DNA from: an uncultured Spirochaetota bacterium
GTDB lineage: Bacteria > Spirochaetota > Spirochaetia > Treponematales > UBA12059
DNA: 64,000 nt
NCBI GenBank assembly: GCA_937873275.1
Contig: CALMRC010000053.1
Coordinates: forward strand, 22-64,021
Direction of reading: 5' to 3'
Part shown: piece after piece, positions 56,596 through 64,000 of the stretch
Numbering within the stretch: the stretch's first letter is position 1
How the letters are laid out: each line of letters begins with the position of its first letter
Notes under the pieces: generated by a model
Told to the model about the DNA's origin: nothing
Database searches by the model: none
The model's input: the letters and a program-made list of their open reading frames with translations, nothing else
Position numbers and translations under genes: made by a program

Positions 56596-57783
56596 ATGCG
56601 CAGGGTGCTCCTGTGGGAGGAGGACGAGGAGGAACGGGACGTCCTCTCCGCCCTCCTGGAGGACGAATACCTCGTCCGGACCGTCGGCGGCCGCCGGGAC
56701 GCCGAGGCCGCGCTCCGGGAAGACTCCTGGGACCTGCTCATCCTGGGAATCCGGGATCCCGATCCGGACGACGCCCTGCCTTCCCTCCGGCTCCTTCGTA
56801 CCTACGTTCCCGGGGTTCCCGTGCTCTGCCGGGTTCCGGACGGCGATCCCTCCCTCCCGGCGGCCCTACTGGAAGAGGGCGCGGCCGCCTGCGTCCCCCG
56901 GGGCGGCTCCGGGGAGGACCTGAAGGCCCGTCTGCGGAGAATCCGGTCCGCCCTCGCGATCGAACCCGTCTGCCGGGAATCCCCCGGTACCTACCCGTGC
57001 GGCGACCCGGAGTCCCGGATCCTGTTGGGGACCAGCGCCTCCATGCGGGCGGTCCGGGCGCGGATCCGGCTGTTCGCCCGGTACGATTTTCCGGTCCTGA
57101 TCACCGGGGAAAGCGGGACCGGAAAGGAACTGGCCGCCCGGTCGATCCACCGCCTCTCCCGACGGGGTTCCCGGCCCTTCCTGGCGGTCAACTGCGGGGC
57201 CCTGCCGGAGTCCATCCTGGAAAGCGAACTGTTCGGGACCGAGCGGGGGGCCTACACGGGCGCCGTCACGAGGCCGGGGACCTTCGAACTCGCGGACGGC
57301 GGGACCCTCTTCCTGGACGAGATCGCGGAACTCTCCCCCGGGGCCCAGGCCAAGCTCCTGCGGGTCCTGGAAAACGGGGAGATCCGAAGGCTCGGCGCCC
57401 GGGCGTCCTCCTCCTGCGACGTGCGCCTACTGTCGGCCACGAACGCCGACCTGGCCCGCTTCCGGGGCATGCGCTTCGACCTGCTGGAACGCCTGGAGAC
57501 CCTGGTGCTCAAGCTTCCCCCGCTCCGGGAACGCCCCGAGGACATACCCCTCCTGGCCCGGCACTTCCTGGAGAAGGCGGGCCTGGGGACCGAGATCGAC
57601 CCGGACGCGATGGAACTTCTCTCGGGCTACGACTGGCCCGGGAATGTCCGCCAGCTGAGGAACACCGTCTGCCGGGCCGCCGTATCCGCCGCGGATCCGG
57701 GTACGGGTCCCGGGATCATCCGGGCGGAACACGTGGATTTCGGGTGCCGGCCGCCGGGGCTGCTCCAAGCCCGGGCGGAATAG
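56596..57783 (+). CDS. Sigma54-interacting AAA+ activator with degenerate receiver and no C-terminal HTH
   Basis: GESGTGKE Walker A, ESELFGTERGAYTGA (GAFTGA variant), LFLDEI and WPGNVRQL. The N-terminal REC-like domain has Gly at the phospho-Asp position (DLLILG). Confidence 0.8.
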   Translation: MRRVLLWEEDEEERDVLSALLEDEYLVRTVGGRRDAEAALREDSWDLLILGIRDPDPDDALPSLRLLRTYVPGVPVLCRVPDGDPSLPAALLEEGAAACVPRGGSGEDLKARLRRIRSALAIEPVCRESPGTYPCGDPESRILLGTSASMRAVRARIRLFARYDFPVLITGESGTGKELAARSIHRLSRRGSRPFLAVNCGALPESILESELFGTERGAYTGAVTRPGTFELADGGTLFLDEIAELSPGAQAKLLRVLENGEIRRLGARASSSCDVRLLSATNADLARFRGMRFDLLERLETLVLKLPPLRERPEDIPLLARHFLEKAGLGTEIDPDAMELLSGYDWPGNVRQLRNTVCRAAVSAADPGTGPGIIRAEHVDFGCRPPGLLQARAE

Positions 57784-57843
57784 GGGGACGGGTGCCCGGC
57801 AGGAGGGGAGATCGGCTCCCGGCTCCGGGAGGCTCGTGGGCTT

Positions 57844-58317
57844 CTACAGGGAGTCCAGGCGGCGCAGGTGGACTCCCTCCAGGACCGCGACCCGACCGCC
57901 CTCCGGGGCATCCCGGGTCCCGGCTACCCGGGCCACCACCAGCACGGTGCTCCCGGAGCGCAGGAAGATCGGGGAGTCCCGGAGGAAGAGGTCCCGGAAG
58001 GCGTCCCCGGCCACATCGACCGTCACCGTCCGGAGCACGATCCTCGACGTTCCGATCCATTGCCCCGCCGCCAGTTCCACCCGTCCGGTGAAGGGCTCCC
58101 CCTCCCCGGCGGCCGCGGACCGCACGGTCCCGGTCAACACGACGTAGCGTCCGACGGGAAGCCCCGAGCCGGACTCGGCGGCTTCGGCCAGGGATTCCAC
58201 GGTGGCGGAAAAATCGAAGGAGGAGACCGGGCCCGCCTGGGCCGAGGCGGGCATCGCCGCTAGGACCGCCAGCGCCGCGGCCCAGATCGCTATCCTCGGG
58301 AAACGGGGGCTTCGCAT
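57844..58317 (-). CDS. Secreted hypothetical protein (157 aa)
   Basis: Trimmed to MRSPRFPRIAIWAAALAVLAAMPASA, a signal peptide. The rest of the 477-aa ORF is shadow. Confidence 0.5.
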   Translation of the reverse strand: MRSPRFPRIAIWAAALAVLAAMPASAQAGPVSSFDFSATVESLAEAAESGSGLPVGRYVVLTGTVRSAAAGEGEPFTGRVELAAGQWIGTSRIVLRTVTVDVAGDAFRDLFLRDSPIFLRSGSTVLVVARVAGTRDAPEGGRVAVLEGVHLRRLDSL

Positions 58318-58360
58318 GATCCATCTCCTTCCTGGGACGGTCCGAGGGGACCGCGTACAA

Positions 58361-58389
58361 ACTCTAGCGCCCCCCGGACCGGGGGTCAA
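58361..58389 (-). promoter_or_regulatory. Promoter candidate TTGACC-17-TAGAGT (minus strand)
   Basis: The reverse complement reads TTGACC (58384-58389), a 17-nt spacer, then TAGAGT (58361-58366). This is about 45 nt upstream of the ATG at 58317. Confidence 0.45.
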
Positions 58390-59162
58390 GGCTCCGGCCG
58401 GCGACCGGACAAGGCGGCCGCCTTGCCGAGGAGGTTCCGCAAGTATTCCGCCTCCCAGCCCGCCGCCCCCGCCCGGGTCAGGAGGGACCGCAGAAACCGG
58501 ACCAGGGCCGGCCGGCCGGCGATCTTGAAGAACCCGGCCCGGGCGAGGTCGTCCGCCGCGGCCCGGACCGCGCCCTCGATCTCGGCCCGGGTGGCCGGGG
58601 CTTCCGGGCCTTCGCCGTCGGAGCGCGATCCGGGGACGGGGGCTTCCCCGTCCCGCCGCCGGATACCCCGAAGCTCCTCCCGGGCCCGGGCCACCTCCCA
58701 GGCCGCGATCTGGACGGCCTGGGCCAAGTTCAGGGAGGGGAAGATTTCGGAGGTTGGTATGCGCACCGCCAGGTCGCAGAGGGCCAGCTCCCCCGCGGAC
58801 AGGCCGTCCGCCTCGTTCCCGAAGACCAGGGCTATCCGGCCCGCCCGTCGGACCGCCCGTCGGGCGAACTCCGTCACGCCCCGGGGTTCCCGGGCCCGGA
58901 GCCGGCCGGTCCTCCGGGTGAACCCCGCGGCCAGGGAGCAATCCGCCAGGGCTTCCCCGAGGGTGGCGAAGCGCCGGGCCGCCTCGAACAGGGGGTAGGC
59001 CGCGAGGGCGAAGGTCCGTACCGGTACTTCGGGGTAGTCCGGGCAGTCCGCCAGGACCAAGGAGGTAAGCCCCATGGCTGCCATGGCCCGGCACGCGGCG
59101 CCGACGTTCCCGGGTTCCCGGGCCCGGCAGAGGACGACGACGAACTCCGGAGACGAATCCAT
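58386..59162 (-). CDS. SpoU/TrmH-family RNA 2'-O-methyltransferase (TrmJ-like)
   Basis: Trimmed to MDSSPEFVVVLCRAREPGNVGAACRAM (ATG at 59162). LVFGNEADGLS and SLNLAQAV motifs. Confidence 0.8.
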   Translation of the reverse strand: MDSSPEFVVVLCRAREPGNVGAACRAMAAMGLTSLVLADCPDYPEVPVRTFALAAYPLFEAARRFATLGEALADCSLAAGFTRRTGRLRAREPRGVTEFARRAVRRAGRIALVFGNEADGLSAGELALCDLAVRIPTSEIFPSLNLAQAVQIAAWEVARAREELRGIRRRDGEAPVPGSRSDGEGPEAPATRAEIEGAVRAAADDLARAGFFKIAGRPALVRFLRSLLTRAGAAGWEAEYLRNLLGKAAALSGRRPEP

Positions 59163-59169
59163 GGGGGGA

Positions 59170-59300
59170 GTGTAAACGGTGAACGGTGAACGGTAAACAG
59201 GAACCGGAGAACCGCCGGGGACCCCGCTTCCGTCCCGTCGCGGGGACCGCGCCGCGATGGAAGCCGCCGCCGTCCACTGTTCACCGTCCACCGTCCGACC
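59170..59300. repeat. Heptad-repeat inverted-repeat element (CGGTGAA family), second copy
   Basis: The left arm is GTAAACGGTGAACGGTGAACGGTAAACAG (59172-59200). The right arm is GTCCACTGTTCACCGTCCACCGTCCGACC (59272-59300). Both arms are similar to those at 18032-18094. Confidence 0.55.
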
Positions 59301-59313
59301 TATACTCCATCCG

Positions 59314-60060
59314 ATGACACCCCACGACGCTTTCCCCCTCGCCGGCCGCCGGGCCTTCGTCCTGGGCGGAACGGGAGGGATCGGCCGGGAGATCGCCCGG
59401 TCCCTGGGACTCCGGGGAGCCCGGCTGGACGTGCACGGACGGCGGCGGGAATCCCTGGACGCGGCCCTGGCGGGATTCCGCGGCGACGGCATCGAGGCGG
59501 ACGGTTCGGCCTACCCCCTGGATTCCCTCGGATCCGCCCGGCCCCTACTGGCCCGGGCCGCGGGGGCCGACATCCTGGTCGCCGCCTGGGGCCCCTTCCT
59601 GCAGAAGCCCCTCCACGAAACCGCCCCGGAGGAATGGGAAGCTGCGGCGGCCTTCAACCTGGCCTTGCCGGGAGAGCTGGTCTCCTCGGCCCTCCCGGGG
59701 ATGCGCGCCCGGCGCTGGGGACGCATCCTCCTCCTCGGGGGCACCCGGACCGACGGGATCCGGGGGTTCCGGACCAACGCCGCCTACGCGGCCGCCAAGA
59801 CCGGCCTGGGCACCCTGGCCAAGTCCGTGGCTGCGGAGTACGCCCGGGACGGCGTCGCCGCCCTGGTCCTCTGCCCGGGCTTCGTCCGCACGGAGTACCT
59901 TGGGCCCGAGACGCTGGAGACCCTCGCCGGAAAGACCCCCGGGGGCCGACTTACGGATCCCCGGGATCTCGCGGACCTGGCCGCAGATCTTCTGTGCCGG
60001 GAACCGCCCCTCTGGAACGGAGGGGTCCTGACCGCGGACGAAGGCCTCGCGGCGTGGTAA
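59314..60060 (+). CDS. Short-chain dehydrogenase/reductase family protein
   Basis: Trimmed to MTPHDAF (ATG at 59314). VLGGTGGIGREIA and the YAAAKTG (YxxxK) motif. Confidence 0.8.
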   Translation: MTPHDAFPLAGRRAFVLGGTGGIGREIARSLGLRGARLDVHGRRRESLDAALAGFRGDGIEADGSAYPLDSLGSARPLLARAAGADILVAAWGPFLQKPLHETAPEEWEAAAAFNLALPGELVSSALPGMRARRWGRILLLGGTRTDGIRGFRTNAAYAAAKTGLGTLAKSVAAEYARDGVAALVLCPGFVRTEYLGPETLETLAGKTPGGRLTDPRDLADLAADLLCREPPLWNGGVLTADEGLAAW

Positions 60061-60184
60061 ATTCCGTACGTCCGGCGGGCCCGGGGGGATTGATTTCCTC
60101 CATAATTTCGCATCCCGGGCTCTGGATTTTTCGGCCGACTATGCCGAAAATCTAGAGGTCCCGGATTCGCCGGAACCGGCGGAT

Positions 60185-60213
60185 TTGACAGGAGATTGAC
60201 TAGTTACTATGAT
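60185..60213 (+). promoter_or_regulatory. Sigma70-type promoter candidate TTGACA-17-TATGAT with an 11-bp TTGAC direct repeat
   Basis: TTGACA is at 60185-60190 and TATGAT at 60208-60213. TTGACAGGAGA/TTGACTAGTTA are tandem 11-mers. Confidence 0.55.
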
Positions 60214-60270
60214 GGACCTACAATACTCGCAGAAGGCGTATCCGTCATCTTTGGATCCAAGAGGAGCACC

Positions 60271-60822
60271 ATGAATAATAACGATATCGTTCCGGGATTC
60301 GACGACGAGAAGGACGATAGTCTAAAGATACGCCTCCAGAAAGTGGATCCTGTCGAGAACTGCCTTACCCTCTTCCTGACGGGGTATATCGATACCTACA
60401 ATTCCAATTTCTTCCAGAAGAGGGTCAGCAAGGCCATCGATTCCGGATACGTCCGCCTCATCTTCAATTGCGGAGGACTCAACTACGTGTCCTCCACGGG
60501 CATCGGTTCCTTCACCGCCTTCCTGAAATCCGTGAAGCCCCGGGGCGGGGACATCGTCCTCCTGGAAATCCAGCCCAAGGTCTACGAGGTGTTCCAGCTC
60601 CTGGGATTCTCCCAATTCTTCAACATCAAGGACAACCTGGAGGAGGCGGTCGGCTACTTCCGCCAGGGCAACCAGGGCGCGTCCCAGAGCGTCTTCCCCA
60701 AGATCTTCTCCTGCCCGATCTGCAACAAGAAGCTCAAGGCCGCCAAGCCGGGACGATTCCGCTGTTCCGAATGCAAGACCATCCTGGCTATTGACAACGC
60801 GGGGCAGGTTTTCCTAGGCTAG
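60271..60822 (+). CDS. STAS-domain (anti-sigma-factor-antagonist-like) protein fused to a C-terminal zinc ribbon
   Basis: ATG at 60271 behind GAGGAG. The STAS core is LTLFLTGYIDTYNSNFF...LNYVSSTGIGSF...VYEVFQLLGF. The C-terminus is CPICNKKLKAAKPGRFRCSECKT. Visibly lower GC than its neighbours. Confidence 0.75.
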   Translation: MNNNDIVPGFDDEKDDSLKIRLQKVDPVENCLTLFLTGYIDTYNSNFFQKRVSKAIDSGYVRLIFNCGGLNYVSSTGIGSFTAFLKSVKPRGGDIVLLEIQPKVYEVFQLLGFSQFFNIKDNLEEAVGYFRQGNQGASQSVFPKIFSCPICNKKLKAAKPGRFRCSECKTILAIDNAGQVFLG

Positions 60823-60871
60823 TCCCGCATCAAGGCCCGCCGGATTCGCCGACACCGTCAAGGAGGAACCG

Positions 60872-61255
60872 ATGGCCGGACTAAGCCGCGTGGAAAGCTA
60901 CCTGATCAGCCTCGAGATCCAGTACGAGGAAATCTCCCCGAGCGCTTGGCTCGTCAACGACGAGACCCGGGGCCTTTCCCAGGTGGTCATAACCCAGGCC
61001 GATCCGGTGGTGGCCCTCCGGACCAAGGTCATGGCGATTCCCAAGGAGCGCAGGCTGGAGCTGTTCGAAACCCTCCTCCGGCTGAACGCCTCGGACCTCC
61101 TCCACGGCGCCTACGCACTGGAAGGGGACGACATCGTCCTGGTGGACAACCTGGAGCTCGAGACGCTGGACCGTTCCGAGCTGGAAGCCGCCCTCGACGC
61201 GGTCGGCTTCGCCCTCGCCCAGCATTACGCCGTCCTCGGTAAATTCCGGGCCTGA
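60872..61255 (+). CDS. YbjN/type-III-chaperone-like small protein
   Basis: 127 aa behind an AAGGAGGA RBS. The pattern AWLVND...VVALRTKVMAIP...LFETLLRLNASDLLHGAYALEGDDIVL resembles the YbjN family. The family call is unverified. Confidence 0.55.
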   Translation: MAGLSRVESYLISLEIQYEEISPSAWLVNDETRGLSQVVITQADPVVALRTKVMAIPKERRLELFETLLRLNASDLLHGAYALEGDDIVLVDNLELETLDRSELEAALDAVGFALAQHYAVLGKFRA

Positions 61256-61278
61256 CGGAACAGAACAAGGAGGCCCCG

Positions 61279-61977
61279 ATGGGTATCTTCAGCCGATTCA
61301 AGACCGTCGTCTCATCCAATATAAACGACCTGATCGCCAAGGCCGAAAACCCGGAAAAGATGCTCAACCAGCTGCTCCTGGACATGAACCAGCAGATGGT
61401 GGAGTCCAAGAAGTCCGTGGCCATGGCTATCGCGGACGAGAAGAAGATCGAGCGGGAGCTCGCCGAGCAGAAGCGGCAGGCGGACGAGTGGGAAAAGAAG
61501 GCCATGCTCGCAGTCCGGGCCGGACGGGACGACCTGGCCAAGGAAGCCCTCCTGCGCAAGCAGGAGTTCGAGGGCTACTTCCTCCAGCTGAAGCCGCAGT
61601 GGGAAGCCCAGAAGGCCTCGGTGGAGAAGCTCAAGGAGAGCCTGCGCCAGCTCCAGAACAAGATCGACGAGGCGTCCCGGAAGAAGAACATCCTGATCGC
61701 CCGGGCCAAGCGGGCGGAGGCCCAGGAGAAGATCCAGAAGACCCTGACGAACATGTCCGGCAACACCAGCGCCTTCGACACCTTCGACCGCATGGCCAAG
61801 AAGGTGGACGAGCTGGAAGCCCGCGCGGAGGCGGCCAAGGAGCTCGAGGACCTGTCCAAGGACACGTCCCTGGAAAAGCAGTTCGCCCAGCTGGAATCCT
61901 CCGGAGCCAGCGCGGACCTCCTGCTGGAGGAGCTCAAGGCGAAGATGCTCACCGAGGACGCGGGCACCAAGAACTGA
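61279..61977 (+). CDS. pspA: PspA/IM30 (Vipp1) family membrane-stress protein
   Basis: MGIFSRFKTVVSSNINDLIAKAENPEKMLNQLLLDM is the canonical PspA N-terminus. Heptad coiled coil throughout. Confidence 0.9.
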   Translation: MGIFSRFKTVVSSNINDLIAKAENPEKMLNQLLLDMNQQMVESKKSVAMAIADEKKIERELAEQKRQADEWEKKAMLAVRAGRDDLAKEALLRKQEFEGYFLQLKPQWEAQKASVEKLKESLRQLQNKIDEASRKKNILIARAKRAEAQEKIQKTLTNMSGNTSAFDTFDRMAKKVDELEARAEAAKELEDLSKDTSLEKQFAQLESSGASADLLLEELKAKMLTEDAGTKN

Positions 61978-61984
61978 CGCGGCC

Positions 61985-62599
61985 GTGCGGGTCCTGGTCG
62001 TCGATCCCGGACTGCGGCATGTCGAAAAGGAGAGGGACCCCGGGGGGCCCCTCTCCTTTTTCTTTTCCCGCGAGCCCTCCGGGGCCGGGGACTTCGACCT
62101 GGTCGTCCTTCCCGTGGGCATGGTCCTGGAGGGGGCGGACGGTCCGGATGCGGGGACTCCCCGGGTGGCCTACGGCCCCGCGAGCCTCGCGGCGGACGCC
62201 TTCGCGGAGGGCTGCCTCGACTATCTTCGGGAACCCTGGGGTCTGGAGGAGCTCGAAGCCCGGGCCCTGCGGTTCCGGGTCCGGAAATTCCGCCTGGGCG
62301 ACCGGGAGTACTCCTACTCCTCGGGACGGCTGGACGGGGCCGCGCTCTCCCTCCTTCTCCCCGAGGTCGAACGCGGGATCCTCGAGCTCCTGCTGAGTCG
62401 ACTCGGCCGCGCCGTGCCCCGGGCCGCGTTCCGCCTTGCCCTGGGTACCGAGGATCCCCGGAAATCCCGCCGCCTGGACATGGCGGTCTCCCGGCTCCGA
62501 TCCCGCCTGATCCGCGCGTCCGGGGATTCCCGGGCGGGTTCCTTCCTCCAGGCGGTCCGGAACCGGGGATACCGGCTGTCGGGGACGCCCTGTGGATAA
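61985..62599 (+). CDS. Atypical OmpR/PhoB-type regulator: pseudo-receiver + winged-helix DNA-binding domain
   Basis: The C-terminal part has LDMAVSRLRSRL...VRNRGYRL (Trans_reg_C). The REC-like N-terminus has Pro at the phospho-Asp position (DLVVLP) and Glu at the conserved Lys position (YLREPW). GTG start. Confidence 0.65.
   Translation: MRVLVVDPGLRHVEKERDPGGPLSFFFSREPSGAGDFDLVVLPVGMVLEGADGPDAGTPRVAYGPASLAADAFAEGCLDYLREPWGLEELEARALRFRVRKFRLGDREYSYSSGRLDGAALSLLLPEVERGILELLLSRLGRAVPRAAFRLALGTEDPRKSRRLDMAVSRLRSRLIRASGDSRAGSFLQAVRNRGYRLSGTPCG
62591..62599 (+). promoter_or_regulatory. Perfect DnaA box (TGTGGATAA = complement of TTATCCACA), copy 1
   Basis: Read directly. It overlaps the last codons and the TAA stop of the upstream gene. 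It is part of the 15-bp direct repeat CTGTGGATAACTTGT. Confidence 0.6.
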
Positions 62600-62670
62600 C
62601 TTGTTGAGAAATAATTCCTTATCCTACGGACCTTGCAAGCCCCGTATGAAAATGTAGACGAACGAAGCCG

Positions 62671-62726
62671 TGTATTTTTTACTTTTTTATGTCTAATTAT
62701 AATTTATTATAATATATAAAATTAAC
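62671..62726. other. 56-bp block with 5 G/C of 56 (about 91% A+T)
   Basis: tgtattttttacttttttatgtctaattataatttattataatatataaaattaac. Counted by hand. Extreme for this genome. Confidence 0.9.
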
Positions 62727-62823
62727 TCGCCAAGCGTCCGTTATCTCTAAAATCCCGCTGTACAGACGTGGAGCGGATACCGGTCCGGCGTCCGACATGT
62801 CCCGCCCGGGGACGGCAACGGTC

Positions 62824-62832
62824 TGTGGATAA
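62824..62832 (+). promoter_or_regulatory. Perfect DnaA box (TGTGGATAA), copy 2, followed by a 2-mismatch box TGTGGATTC
   Basis: Read directly. Same orientation and the same 15-bp context (CTGTGGATAACTTGT) as copy 1. Confidence 0.6.
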
Positions 62833-62899
62833 CTTGTGGATTCCATCCCCCGGACCTCCCCCCCGCGGGGAGGTCCTCCGATCCGGCACGCCCCGGAAC

Positions 62900-62928
62900 T
62901 TGCCAACGGGATAGGGGCGTGCTAGAGT
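62900..62928 (+). promoter_or_regulatory. Promoter candidate TTGCCA-17-TAGAGT predicting a (near-)leaderless mRNA
   Basis: TTGCCA is at 62900-62905 and TAGAGT at 62923-62928. The ATG at 62936 lies only 8 nt after the -10 element, with no SD. Confidence 0.45.
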
Positions 62929-62935
62929 TAGCGCG

Positions 62936-63862
62936 ATGAAACGCGGGTTTTCCGTCGCGGGCCGATTCATAGTATGGCTCCTCTGCGCAGCGGTCGTGGA
63001 AACCCTCGTCCTCGCCGCGGGCCCCCTGTTGAACGGTGCGTCCGGGACGGGGAATTTCCTCCTGTCCTACTGGGCGGGCTACGCCGTGGAGTCCCTGCCC
63101 GTCGCAGCCGCGATCGCCCTGATGGGTGCGGGATTCCTGGCTTCCCGAACCCTCCGGCATCGCCTCAGCGGATACCTGATCCTGGGAACCTTGACCGTCT
63201 CCGTCCTGTTCGGGGGAGTGTGGGTCTCCCGGAGCCTCGCGACCCCGCCGGAACCCTTCCCCGCGGGCCCGGCCGCTTCCGGGGATTCCGCGCCCGTGCC
63301 GTTCTTCGTCCGCGCCTCCTCCGGCGACCGGGCCGAGGGCATCGTCTATCTCCGGCCCCCCGGCTCGGATCCCCGCCTGGCCTGGGCGGCTTCGGGAACC
63401 TACCTCCGGGACCGGGGCATCCTGCTGGCGGACCGCACGGCCCTCCCGCTGACGCCCCGGGGCCTGCCCTCCGCCCCCACCCCCTTTCCGGGGTTCCGGG
63501 AACTCCGGACCTGGTACCTGGAACTGGGCCGGGGAAACCTCTTCCACGCCCTGGCGGCCGCGGCGGGTACGGCCGCCCTGATCTGCGGCCTCTGGCCCCT
63601 CTCCCGGCTCTTCCGCTGGCCCCTCGTCGGAGCCTTCGCGGCCCTGGCCGCCTTCGCCCTCCTGGGCACCCTGCACGGACTCTTCCGGTCCCCCGCGGCC
63701 GGGGAACTGGCGTCCCTGGTGGGCATCCGGGTTCCCGGCACCCTGCTGGCGGGAATCCTGGCCGGCTCCTGCGGCGTCGCCCTGGTCTTCCTGGATTTCG
63801 CCCTGTGCGTCCCCTTCTCGACGTCCCGAGGCGGGGCCCGGAGGAACCGTGGCCGTCCGTGA
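62936..63862 (+). CDS. Polytopic membrane protein, unknown function
   Basis: 308 aa. Three N-terminal and about three C-terminal hydrophobic segments flank a ~110-aa soluble loop. Good GC3 bias. Confidence 0.6.
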   Translation: MKRGFSVAGRFIVWLLCAAVVETLVLAAGPLLNGASGTGNFLLSYWAGYAVESLPVAAAIALMGAGFLASRTLRHRLSGYLILGTLTVSVLFGGVWVSRSLATPPEPFPAGPAASGDSAPVPFFVRASSGDRAEGIVYLRPPGSDPRLAWAASGTYLRDRGILLADRTALPLTPRGLPSAPTPFPGFRELRTWYLELGRGNLFHALAAAAGTAALICGLWPLSRLFRWPLVGAFAALAAFALLGTLHGLFRSPAAGELASLVGIRVPGTLLAGILAGSCGVALVFLDFALCVPFSTSRGGARRNRGRP

Positions 63863-64000
63863 CAGCGAGTCCCGATCCGCGGTGGCGGCGACCGTCCTCC
63901 TGGGATTCGCGGCCGCCTTCGTGACGGCCCTCGTGGAGTACCGGTCCTCGGGCATCATCGCCCGGTTCGCAGTCCGCTGGGAACTGGCCCGGGCGGCCTC
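63849..64000 (+). CDS. Partial CDS (5' end), probable membrane protein
   Basis: Not in the ORF track. The frame reading ...SAVAATVLLGFAAAFVTALVEYRSSGIIARFAVRWELARAA has strong GC3 bias. Candidate GTG starts are at 63849 or 63882. It runs off the window. Confidence 0.45.
   Translation, partial: MAVRDSESRSAVAATVLLGFAAAFVTALVEYRSSGIIARFAVRWELARAA

Noticed and set aside
60128-60150. TTTTCGGC-cgactat-GCCGAAAA hairpin as an intrinsic terminator of the SDR gene
   Set aside because: The 8-bp stem is half A/T. It has no downstream U-tract on the plus strand and lies 68 nt after the stop. It is too weak to call.
62936-64000. Calling the two terminal membrane proteins LptF/LptG
   Set aside because: The topology (3 TM, soluble loop, 3 TM) is compatible. 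However, the N-terminal family signature is not recognisable, and the first protein is shorter than typical LptF/G. I left both as hypothetical.

Overview
High-GC bacterial chromosomal window (about two-thirds G+C by eye, not computed). It is densely coding, with about 65 CDS. I saw no rRNA, tRNA, CRISPR array, transposase, integrase or phage structural gene. Strong GC3 bias means nearly every real gene is shadowed by long stop-free ORFs in other frames and on the opposite strand. I chose frames by recognisable protein families, start/RBS context and junction overlaps, and re-trimmed many starts by hand. Left to right: sbcC (partial, absent from the ORF track) and sbcD, bcp, a C69 peptidase, a secreted SH3b protein with four tandem repeats, and tex. 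Then an HTH-REC regulator, a lone REC protein, acylphosphatase, and fabF / fabG-fabD with no acpP between them. Then an ATL protein, UPF0158-GNAT, a HIBADH-like dehydrogenase, a DUF2804-like protein, thyX, a PHP phosphoesterase, a GPH symporter, a PlsC-like acyltransferase and a matrixin lipoprotein. A GntR-NhaC-Lys1-like-Lys9-like-racemase operon follows, then a PAS-GGDEF-EAL protein and PadR. Next comes a TAXI-TRAP transporter with a multi-subunit Fe-S flavoprotein dehydrogenase set fused into a dapA-aspartokinase operon. After that: an ABM monooxygenase, a Lol-like ABC/FtsX/LolA-like/beta-barrel operon, galE, a giant DUF342 protein with a MinD-like ATPase, ctp, rsmE, a WecG/TagA glycosyltransferase, a sigma54 activator, a TrmJ-like methyltransferase and an SDR. 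The window ends with a STAS-Zn-ribbon / YbjN-like / pspA / pseudo-receiver wHTH module and membrane proteins. The items most worth a second look are: (1) the translationally coupled dapA - 2Fe-2S - flavoprotein - 4Fe-4S - short aspartokinase operon behind a TAXI-TRAP system; (2) the self-contained Lol-like export operon with its own LolA-like and barrel proteins; (3) the PspA module with unusual partners; (4) a ~91% A+T block flanked by two perfect DnaA boxes embedded in a 15-bp direct repeat; (5) several small intergenic repeat families, namely CCACGGAG-ended MITE-like elements (one sitting in the acpP slot), CGGTGAA heptad arrays and GAAGCCC hairpins. No claim here rests on a database search. 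All family calls come from motif recognition by eye and should be confirmed with HMM/BLAST.
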